64,000 bases of DNA from the human T2T-CHM13v2.0 reference genome, Homo sapiens, in assembly GCF_009914755.1 (NCBI RefSeq), contig NC_060941.1; one strand, 5' to 3'. Shown piece after piece: positions 12,101 to 24,100 of the stretch. The position numbers were made by a program, and so were the translations under genes. Below the pieces are notes generated by a model. The model did not search any database and was not told the DNA's origin. It saw nothing but the letters and a program-made list of their open reading frames with translations. Every line of letters begins with the position of its first letter. The first letter of the stretch is position 1.

Positions 12101-15100
12101 TTTGAAGATTTCGTTGGAAACGGAATCATCTTCACATAAAAACTATACAGATGCATTCTCAGGAACTTTTTGGTGATGTTTGTATTCAACTCCCAGAGTT
12201 GAACTTTCCTTTGGAAAGAGCAGCTATGAAACACTCTTTTTCTAGAATCTGCAAGTGGACGTTTGGAGGGCTTTGTGGTTTGTGGTGGAAAAGGAAATAT
12301 CTTCACCTAAATACTAGATAGAAGCATTCTCAGAAACTGCTTTGTGATGATTGCATTCACCTCACAGAGTTGAACATTCCTATTGATAGAGCAGTTTGGA
12401 AACACTCTTGTTGTGGAATGTGCAAGTGGAGATTTGGAGCGCTTTGAGGCCTATGGTAGTAAAGGGAATAGCTTCATAGAAAAACTAGACAGAAGCATTC
12501 TCAGAAAATACTTTGTGATGATTGAGTTTAACTCACAGAGCTGAACATTCCTTTGGATGGAGCAGGTTTGAGACACACTTTTTGTAGAATCTACAAGTGG
12601 ATATTTGGACCTCTCTGAGGATTTCTTTGGAAACGGGATAACTGCACCTAACTAAACGGAAGCATTCTCAGAAACTTCTTGGTGATGTTTGCATTCAAAT
12701 CCCAGAGTTGAACCTTCCTTTGATAGTTCAGGTTTGAAACACTCTTTTTGTAGGATCTGCAAGTGGATATTTGGACCACTCTGTGGCCTTCGTTCGAAAC
12801 GGGTATATCTTCGCATAAAATCTAGACAGAAGCCTTCTCAGAAACTTCTCTGTGATGATTGCATTCAACTCACAGAGTTGAACCCTCCTATGGATAGAGC
12901 AGTGTTGAAACTCTCTTTTTGTGGAATCTGCAAGTGGATATGTGGACCTCTCCGAAGATGTCTTTGGAAACGGGAATATCTTCACATAAAAACTAAACAG
13001 AAGCATTCTCAGAAACTTCTCTGTGATGTTTGTGTTCAACTCCCAGAGTTTCACATTGCTTTTCATAGAGTAGTTCTGAAACATGCTTTTCGTAGTGTCT
13101 ACAAGTGGACATTTGGAGCGCTTTCAGGCCTGTGGTGGAAAACGAATTATGGTCACATAAAAACTGGAGAGAAGCATTGTCAGAAACTTCTTTGTGATGA
13201 TTGCATTCAACTCACAGAGTTGAAGGTTCCTTTTCAAAGAGCAGTTTCCAATCACTCTTTGTGTGGAATCTGCAAGTGGATATTTGGACCTATTTTGAAG
13301 ATTTCGTTGGAAACGGGAGAATCTTCACAGGAAAGCTAAACAGAAGCATTCTCAGAAACTTCTTTGTGATGCTTGCATTCAACTCACAGAGTTGAACTTT
13401 CCTTTCGAGAGAGAAGCTTTGAAACACTCTTTTTCCAGAATCTGCAAGTGGACATTTGGAGGGCTTTGAGGCCTGTGGTGGAAAAGGAATTATCTTCCCG
13501 TAAAAGCTAGATAGAAGCATTCTCAGAAACTACTTTGTGATGATTGCATTCAAGTCACAGAGTTGAACATTCCCTTTGACAGAGCAGTTTGGAAACTCTC
13601 TTTGTGTAGAATCTGCAAGTGGAGATATGGACCGCTTTGAGGCCTATGGTAGTAAAGGAAATAGCTTCATATAAAAGCTAGACAGTAGCATTCACAGAAA
13701 ACTCTTGGTGACGACTGAGTTTAACTCACAGAGCTGAACATTCCTTTGGATGGAGCAGTTTCGAAACACACTATTTGTAGAATGTGCAAGTGGATATTTA
13801 GGCCTCTCTGAGGATTTCGTTGGAAACGGGATAAACCGCACAGAACTAAACAGAAGCATTCTCAGAACCTTCTTCGTGATGTTTGCATTCAACTCACAGT
13901 GTTGAACCTTTCTTTGATAGTTCAGGTTTGAAACGGTCTTTCTGTAGAAACTGCAAGTAGATATTTGGACCTCTCTGAGGATTTCGTTGGAAACGGGATA
14001 ACCCGCACAGAACTAAAACAGAAGCATTCTCAGAACCCTCTTCGTGATGTTTGCATTCAACTCACAGTGCTGAACCTTTCTTTGATAGTTCAGCTTTGAA
14101 ACACTCTTTTTGTAGAAACTGCAAGTGGATATTTGGTCCTCTCTGAGCATTTCGTTGGAAACGGGATAAACTGCACAGAACTAAACAGAAGCATTCTCAG
14201 AACCTTCTTCGTGATGTCTGCATTCAACTCACAGTGTGGAACCTTTCTTTGATAGTTCAGGTTTGAAACACTCTTTTTGTAGAAACTGCAAGGGGATCAT
14301 TGCACTCTTTGAGGAGTACCGTAGTAAAGGAAATAACTTCCTATAAAAAGAAGACAGAAGCTTTCTCAGAAAATTCTTTGGGATGATTGAGTTGAACTCA
14401 CAGAGCTGAGCATTCCTTGCGATGTAGCAGTTTAGAAACACACTTTCTGCAGAATCTGCAAGTGCATATTTGGACCTCTGTGAGGAATTCGTTGGAAACG
14501 GGATAATTTCAGCTGACTAAACAGAAGCAGTCTCAGAATCTTCTTTGTGATGTTTGCATTCAAATCCCCGAGTTGAACTTTCCTTTCAAAGTTCACGTTT
14601 GAAACACTCTTTTTGCAGGATCTACAAGTGGATATTTGGACCACTCTGTGTCCTTCGTTCGAAACGGGTATATCTTCACATGACATCTAGACAGAAGCAT
14701 CCTCAGAAGCTTCTCTGTGATGACTGCATTCAACTCACGGAGTTGAACACTCCTTTTGAGAGCGCAGTTTTGAAACTCTCTTTCTGTGGCATCTGCAAGG
14801 GGACATGTAGACCTCTTTGAAGATTTCGTTGGAAACGGAAACATCTTCACATAAAAACTATACAGATGCATTCTCAGGAACTTTTTGGTGATGTTTGTAT
14901 TCAACTCCCAGAGTTGAACTTTCCTTTGGAAAGAGCAGCTATGAAACACTCTTTTTCTAGAATCTGCAAGTGGACGTTTGGAGGGCTTTGTGGTTTGTGG
15001 TGGAAAAGGAAATATCTTCACCTAAATACTAGATAGAAGCATTCTCAGAAACTGCTTTGTGATGATTGCATTCACCTCACAGAGTTGAACATTCCTATTG

Positions 15101-18100
15101 ATAGAGCAGTTTGGAAACACTCTTGTTGTGGAATGTGCAAGTGGAGATTTGGAGCGCTTTGAGGCCTATGGTAGTAAAGGGAATAGCTTCATAGAAAAAC
15201 TAGACAGAAGCATTCTCAGAAAATACTTTGTGATGATTGAGTTTAACTCACAGAGCTGAACATTCCTTTGGATGGAGCAGGTTTGAGACACACTTTTTGT
15301 AGAATCTACAAGTGGATATTTGGACCTCTCTGAGGATTTCGTTGGAAACGGGATAACTGCACCTAACTAAACGGAAGCATTCTCAGAAACTTCTTGGTGA
15401 TGTTTGCATTCAAATCCCAGAGTTGAACCTTCCTTTGATAGTTCAGGTTTGAAACACTCTTTTTGTAGGATCTGCAAGTGGATATTTGGACCACTCTGTG
15501 GCCTTCGTTCGAAACGGGTATATCTTCGCATAAAATCTAGACAGAAGCCTTCTCAGAAACTTCTCTGTGATGATTGCATTCAACTCACAGAGTTGAACCC
15601 TCCTATGGATAGAGCAGTGTTGAAACTCTCTTTTTGTGGAATCTGCAAGTGGATATGTGGACCTCTCCGAAGATGTCTTTGGAAACGGGAATATCTTCAC
15701 ATAAAAACTAAACAGAAGCATTCTCAGAAACTTCTCTGTGATGTTTGTGTTCAACTCCCAGAGTTTCACATTGCTTTTCATAGAGTAGTTCTGAAACATG
15801 CTTTTCGTAGTGTCTACAAGTGGACATTTGGAGCGCTTTCAGGCCTGTGGTGGAAAACGAATTATGGTCACATAAAAACTGGAGAGAAGCATTGTCAGAA
15901 ACTTCTTTGTGATGATTGCATTCAACTCACAGAGTTGAAGGTTCCTTTTCAAAGAGCAGTTTCCAATCACTCTTTGTGTGGAATCTGCAAGTGGATATTT
16001 GGACCTATTTTGAAGATTTCGTTGGAAACGGGAGAATCTTCACAGGAAAGCTAAACAGAAGCATTCTCAGAAACTTCTTTGTGATGCTTGCATTCAACTC
16101 ACAGAGTTGAACTTTCCTTTCGAGAGAGAAGCTTTGAAACACTCTTTTTCCAGAATCTGCAAGTGGACATTTGGAGGGCTTTGAGGCCTGTGGTGGAAAA
16201 GGAATTATCTTCCCGTAAAAGCTAGATAGAAGCATTCTCAGAAACTACTTTGTGATGATTGCATTCAAGTCACAGAGTTGAACATTCCCTTTGACAGAGC
16301 AGTTTGGAAACTCTCTTTGTGTAGAATCTGCAAGTGGAGATATGGACCGCTTTGAGGCCTATGGTAGTAAAGGAAATAGCTTCATATAAAAGCTAGACAG
16401 TAGCATTCACAGAAAACTCTTGGTGACGACTGAGTTTAACTCACAGAGCTGAACATTCCTTTGGATGGAGCAGTTTCGAAACACACTATTTGTAGAATGT
16501 GCAAGTGGATATTTAGGCCTCTCTGAGGATTTCGTTGGAAACGGGATAAACCGCACAGAACTAAACAGAAGCATTCTCAGAACCTTCTTCGTGATGTTTG
16601 CATTCAACTCACAGTGTTGAACCTTTCTTTGATAGTTCAGGTTTGAAACGGTCTTTCTGTAGAAACTGCAAGTAGATATTTGGACCTCTCTGAGGATTTC
16701 GTTGGAAACGGGATAACCCGCACAGAACTAAAACAGAAGCATTCTCAGAACCCTCTTCGTGATGTTTGCATTCAACTCACAGTGCTGAACCTTTCTTTGA
16801 TAGTTCAGCTTTGAAACACTCTTTTTGTAGAAACTGCAAGTGGATATTTGGTCCTCTCTGAGCATTTCGTTGGAAACGGGATAAACTGCACAGACCTAAA
16901 CAGAAGCATTCTCAGAACCTTCTTCGTGATGTCTGCATTCAACTCACAGTGTGGAACCTTTCTTTGATAGTTCAGGTTTGAAACACTCTTTTTGTAGAAA
17001 CTGCAAGGGGATAATTGCACTCTTTGAGGAGTACCGTAGTAAAGGAAATAACTTCCTATAAAAAGAAGACAGAAGCTTTCTCAGAAAATTCTTTGGGATG
17101 ATTGAGTTGAACTCACAGAGCTGAGCATTCCTTGTGATGTAGCAGTTTAAAAACACACTTTCTGCAGAATCTGCAAGTGCATATTTGGACCTCTGTGAGG
17201 AATTCGTTGGAAACGGGATAATTTCAGCTGACTAAACAGAAGCAGTCTCAGAATCTTCTTTGTGATGTTTGCATTCAAATCCCCGAGTTGAACTTTCCTT
17301 TCAAAGTTCACGTTTGAAACACTCTTTTTGCAGGATCTACAAGTGGATATTTGGACCACTCTGTGTCCTTCGTTCGAAACGGGTATATCTTCACATGACA
17401 TCTAGACAGAAGCATCCTCAGAAGCTTCTCTGTGATGACTGCATTCAACTCACGGAGTTGAACACTCCTTTTGAGAGCGCAGTTTTGAAACTCTCTTTCT
17501 GTGGCATCTGCAAGGGGACATGTAGACCTCTTTGAAGATTTCGTTGGAAACGGAATCATCTTCACATAAAAACTACACAGATGCATTCTCAGGAACTTTT
17601 TGGTGATGTTTGTATTCAACTCCCAGAGTTGAACTTTCCTTTGGAAAGAGCAGCTATGAAACACTCTTTTTCTAGAATCTGCAAGTGGACGTTTGGAGGG
17701 CTTTGTGGTTTGTGGTGGAAAAGGAAATATCTTCACCTAAATACTAGATAGAAGCATTCTCAGAAACTGCTTTGTGATGATTGCATTCACCTCACAGAGT
17801 TGAACATTCCTATTGATAGAGCAGTTTGGAAACACTCTTGTTGTGGAATGTGCAAGTGGAGATTTGGAGCGCTTTGAGGCCTATGGTAGTAAAGGGAATA
17901 GCTTCATAGAAAAACTAGACAGAAGCATTCTCAGAAAATACTTTGTGATGATTGAGTTTAACTCACAGAGCTGAACATTCCTTTGGATGGAGCAGGTTTG
18001 AGACACACTTTTTGTAGAATCTACAAGTGGATATTTGGACCTCTCTGAGGATTTCGTTGGAAACGGGATAACTGCACCTAACTAAACGGAAGCATTCTCA

Positions 18101-21100
18101 GAAACTTCTTGGTGATGTTTGCATTCAAATCCCAGAGTTGAACCTTCCTTTGATAGTTCAGGTTTGAAACACTCTTTTTGTAGGATCTGCAAGTGGATAT
18201 TTGGACCACTCTGTGGCCTTCGTTCGAAACGGGTATATCTTCGCATAAAATCTAGACAGAAGCCTTCTCAGAAACTTCTCTGTGATGATTGCATTCAACT
18301 CACAGAGTTGAACCCTCCTATGGATAGAGCAGTGTTGAAACTCTCTTTTTGTGGAATCTGCAAGTGGATATGTGGACCTCTCCGAAGATGTCTTTGGAAA
18401 CGGGAATATCTTCACATAAAAACTAAACAGAAGCATTCTCAGAAACTTCTCTGTGATGTTTGTGTTCAACTCCCAGAGTTTCACATTGCTTTTCATAGAG
18501 TAGTTCTGAAACATGCTTTTCGTAGTGTCTACAAGTGGACATTTGGAGCGCTTTCAGGCCTGTGGTGGAAAACGAATTATGGTCACATAAAAACTGGAGA
18601 GAAGCATTGTCAGAAACTTCTTTGTGATGATTGCATTCAACTCACAGAGTTGAAGGTTCCTTTTCAAAGAGCAGTTTCCAATCACTCTTTGTGTGGAATC
18701 TGCAAGTGGATATTTGGACCTATTTTGAAGATTTCGTTGGAAACGGGAGAATCTTCACAGGAAAGCTAAACAGAAGCATTCTCAGAAACTTCTTTGTGAT
18801 GCTTGCATTCAACTCACAGAGTTGAACTTTCCTTTCGAGAGAGAAGCTTTGAAACACTCTTTTTCCAGAATCTGCAAGTGGACATTTGGAGGGCTTTGAG
18901 GCCTGTGGTGGAAAAGGAATTATCTTCCCGTAAAAGCTAGATAGAAGCATTCTCAGAAACTACTTTGTGATGATTGCATTCAAGTCACAGAGTTGAACAT
19001 TCCCTTTGACAGAGCAGTTTGGAAACTCTCTTTGTGTAGAATCTGCAAGTGGAGATATGGACCGCTTTGAGGCCTATGGTAGTAAAGGAAATAGCTTCAT
19101 ATAAAAGCTAGACAGTAGCATTCACAGAAAACTCTTGGTGACGACTGAGTTTAACTCACAGAGCTGAACATTCCTTTGGATGGAGCAGTTTCGAAACACA
19201 CTATTTGTAGAATGTGCAAGTGGATATTTAGGCCTCTCTGAGGATTTCGTTGGAAACGGGATAAACCGCACAGAACTAAACAGAAGCATTCTCAGAACCT
19301 TCTTCGTGATGTTTGCATTCAACTCAAAGTGTTGAACCTTTCTTTGATAGTTCAGGTTTGAAACGGTCTTTCTGTAGAAACTGCAAGTAGATATTTGGAC
19401 CTCTCTGAGGATTTCGTTGGAAACGGGATAACCCGCACAGAACTAAAACAGAAGCATTCTCAGAACCCTCTTCGTGATGTTTGCATTCAACTCACAGTGC
19501 TGAACCTTTCTTTGATAGTTCAGCTTTGAAACACTCTTTTTGTAGAAACTGCAAGTGGATATTTGGTCCTCTCTGAGGATTTCTTTGGAAACGGGATAAA
19601 CTGCACAGAACTAAACAGAAGCATTCTCAGAACCTTCTTCGTGATGTCTGCATTCAACTCACAGTGTGGAACCTTTCTTTGATAGTTCAGGTTTGAAACA
19701 CTCTTTTTGTAGAAACTGCAAGGGGATAATTGCACTCTTTGAGGAGTACCGTAGTAAAGGAAATAACTTCCTATAAAAAGAAGACAGAAGCTTTCTCAGA
19801 AAATTCTTTGGGATGATTGAGTTGAACTCACAGAGCTGAGCATTCCTTGCGATGTAGCAGTTTAGAAACACACTTTCTGCAGAATCTGCAAGTGCATATT
19901 TGGACCTCTGTGAGGAATTCGTTGGAAACGGGATAATTTCAGCTGACTAAACAGAAGCAGTCTCAGAATCTTCTTTGTGATGTTTGCATTCAAATCCCCG
20001 AGTTGAACTTTCCTTTCAAAGTTCACGTTTGAAACACTCTTTTTGCAGGATCTACAAGTGGATATTTGGACCACTCTGTGTCCTTCGTTCGAAACGGGTA
20101 TATCTTCACATGACATCTAGACAGAAGCATCCTCAGAAGCTTCTCTGTGATGACTGCATTCAACTCACGGAGTTGAACACTCCTTTTGAGAGCGCAGTTT
20201 TGAAACTCTCTTTCTGTGGCATCTGCAAGGGGACATGTAGACCTCTTTGAAGATTTCGTTGGAAACGGAATCATCTTCACATAAAAACTACACAGATGCA
20301 TTCTCAGGAACTTTTTGGTGATGTTTGTATTCAACTCCCAGAGTTGAACTTTCCTTTGGAAAGAGCAGCTATGAAACACTCTTTTTCTAGAATCTGCAAG
20401 TGGACGTTTGGAGGGCTTTGTGGTTTGTGGTGGAAAAGGAAATATCTTCACCTAAATACTAGATAGAAGCATTCTCAGAAACTGCTTTGTGATGATTGCA
20501 TTCACCTCACAGAGTTGAACATTCCTATTGATAGAGCAGTTTGGAAACACTCTTGTTGTGGAATGTGCAAGTGGAGATTTGGAGCGCTTTGAGGCCTATG
20601 GTAGTAAAGGGAATAGCTTCATAGAAAAACTAGACAGAAGCATTCTCAGAAAATACTTTGTGATGATTGAGTTTAACTCACAGAGCTGAACATTCCTTTG
20701 GATGGAGCAGGTTTGAGACACACCTTTTGTAGAATCTACAAGTGGATATTTGGACCTCTCTGAGGATTTCGTTGGAAACGGGATAACTGCACCTAACTAA
20801 ACGGAAGCATTCTCAGAAACTTCTTGGTGATGTTTGCATTCAAATCCCAGAGTTGAACCTTCCTTTGATAGTTCAGGTTTGAAACACTCTTTTTGTAGGA
20901 TCTGCAAGTGGATATTTGGACCACTCTGTGGCCTTCGTTCGAAACGGGTATATCTTCGCATAAAATCTAGACAGAAGCCTTCTCAGAAACTTCTCTGTGA
21001 TGATTGCATTCAACTCACAGAGTTGAACCCTCCTATGGATAGAGCAGTGTTGAAACTCTCTTTTTGTGGAATCTGCAAGTGGATATGTGGACCTCTCCGA

Positions 21101-24100
21101 AGATGTCTTTGGAAACGGGAATATCTTCACATAAAAACTAAACAGAAGCATTCTCAGAAACTTCTCTGTGATGTTTGTGTTCAACTCCCAGAGTTTCACA
21201 TTGCTTTTCATAGAGTAGTTCTGAAACATGCTTTTCGTAGTGTCTACAAGTGGACATTTGGAGCGCTTTCAGGCCTGTGGTGGAAAACGAATTATGGTCA
21301 CATAAAAACTGGAGAGAAGCATTGTCAGAAACTTCTTTGTGATGATTGCATTCAACTCACAGAGTTGAAGGTTCCTTTTCAAAGAGCAGTTTCCAATCAC
21401 TCTTTGTGTGGAATCTGCAAGTGGATATTTGGACCTATTTTGAAGATTTCGTTGGAAACGGGAGAATCTTCACAGGAAAGCTAAACAGAAGCATTCTCAG
21501 AAACTTCTTTGTGATGCTTGCATTCAACTCACAGAGTTGAACTTTCCTTTCGAGAGAGAAGCTTTGAAACACTCTTTTTCCAGAATCTGCAAGTGGACAT
21601 TCGGAGGGCTTTGAGGCCTGTGGTGGAAAAGGAATTATCTTCCCGTAAAAGCTAGATAGAAGCATTCTCAGAAACTACTTTGTGATGATTGCATTCAAGT
21701 CACAGAGTTGAACATTCCCTTTGACAGAGCAGTTTGGAAACTCTCTTTGTGTAGAATCTGCAAGTGGAGATATGGACCGCTTTGAGGCCTATGGTAGTAA
21801 AGGAAATAGCTTCATATAAAAGCTAGACAGTAGCATTCACAGAAAACTCTTGGTGACGACTGAGTTTAACTCACAGAGCTGAACATTCCTTTGGATGGAG
21901 CAGTTTCGAAACACACTATTTGTAGAATGTGCAAGTGGATATTTAGGCCTCTCTGAGGATTTCGTTGGAAACGGGATAAACCGCACAGAACTAAACAGAA
22001 GCATTCTCAGAACCTTCTTCGTGATGTTTGCATTCAACTCACAGTGTTGAACCTTTCTTTGATAGTTCAGGTTTGAAACGGTCTTTCTGTAGAAACTGCA
22101 AGTAGATATTTGGACCTCTCTGAGGATTTCGTTGGAAACGGGATAACCCGCACAGAACTAAAACAGAAGCATTCTCAGAACCCTCTTCGTGATGTTTGCA
22201 TTCAACTCACAGTGCTGAACCATTCTTTGATAGTTCAGCTTTGAAACACTCTTTTTGTAGAAACTGCAAGTGGATATTTGGTCCTCTCTGAGCATTTCGT
22301 TGGAAACGGGATAAACTGCACAGACCTAAACAGAAGCATTCTCAGAACCTTCTTCGTGATGTCTGCATTCAACTCACAGTGTGGAACCTTTCTTTGATAG
22401 TTCAGGTTTGAAACACTCTTTTTGTAGAAACTGCAAGGGGATAATTGCACTCTTTGAGGAGTACCGTAGTAAAGGAAATAACTTCCTATAAAAAGAAGAC
22501 AGAAGCTTTCTCAGAAAATTCTTTGGGATGATTGAGTTGAACTCACAGAGCTGAGCATTCCTTGCGATGTAGCAGTTTAGAAACACACTTTCTGCAGAAT
22601 CTGCAAGTGCATATTTGGACCTCTGTGAGGAATTCGTTGGAAACGGGATAATTTCAGCTGACTAAACAGAAGCAGTCTCAGAATCTTCTTTGTGATGTTT
22701 GCATTCAAATCCCCGAGTTGAACTTTCCTTTCAAAGTTCACGTTTGAAACACTCTTTTTGCAGGATCTACAAGTGGATATTTGGACCACTCTGTGTCCTT
22801 CGTTCGAAACGGGTATATCTTCACATGACATCTAGACAGAAGCATCCTCAGAAGCTTCTCTGTGATGACTGCATTCAACTCACGGAGTTGAACACTCCTT
22901 TTGAGAGCGCAGTTTTGAAACTCTCTTTCTGTGGCATCTGCAAGGGGACATGTAGACCTCTTTGAAGATTTCGTTGGAAACGGAATCATCTTCACATAAA
23001 AACTACACAGATGCATTCTCAGGAACTTTTTGGTGATGTTTGTATTCAACTCCCAGAGTTGAACTTTCCTTTGGAAAGAGCAGCTATGAAACACTCTTTT
23101 TCTAGAATCTGCAAGTGGACGTTTGGAGGGCTTTGTGGTTTGTGGTGGAAAAGGAAATATCTTCACCTAAATACTAGATAGAAGCATTCTCAGAAACTGC
23201 TTTGTGATGATTGCATTCACCTCACAGAGTTGAACATTCCTATTGATAGAGCAGTTTGGAAACACTCTTGTTGTGGAATGTGCAAGTGGAGATTTGGAGC
23301 GCTTTGAGGCCTATGGTAGTAAAGGGAATAGCTTCATAGAAAAACTAGACAGAAGCATTCTCAGAAAATACTTTGTGATGATTGAGTTTAACTCACAGAG
23401 CTGAACATTCCTTTGGATGGAGCAGGTTTGAGACACACCTTTTGTAGAATCTACAAGTGGATATTTGGACCTCTCTGAGGATTTCGTTGGAAACGGGATA
23501 ACTGCACCTAACTAAACGGAAGCATTCTCAGAAACTTCTTGGTGATGTTTGCATTCAAATCCCAGAGTTGAACCTTCCTTTGATAGTTCAGGTTTGAAAC
23601 ACTCTTTTTGTAGGATCTGCAAGTGGATATTTGGACCACTCTGTGGCCTTCGTTCGAAACGGGTATATCTTCGCATAAAATCTAGACAGAAGCCTTCTCA
23701 GAAACTTCTCTGTGATGATTGCATTCAACTCACAGAGTTGAACCCTCCTATGGATAGAGCAGTGTTGAAACTCTCTTTTTGTGGAATCTGCAAGTGGATA
23801 TGTGGACCTCTCCGAAGATGTCTTTGGAAACGGGAATATCTTCACATAAAAACTAAACAGAAGCATTCTCAGAAACTTCTCTGTGATGTTTGTGTTCAAC
23901 TCCCAGAGTTTCACATTGCTTTTCATAGAGTAGTTCTGAAACATGCTTTTCGTAGTGTCTACAAGTGGACATTTGGAGCGCTTTCAGGCCTGTGGTGGAA
24001 AACGAATTATGGTCACATAAAAACTGGAGAGAAGCATTGTCAGAAACTTCTTTGTGATGATTGCATTCAACTCACAGAGTTGAAGGTTCCTTTTCAAAGA

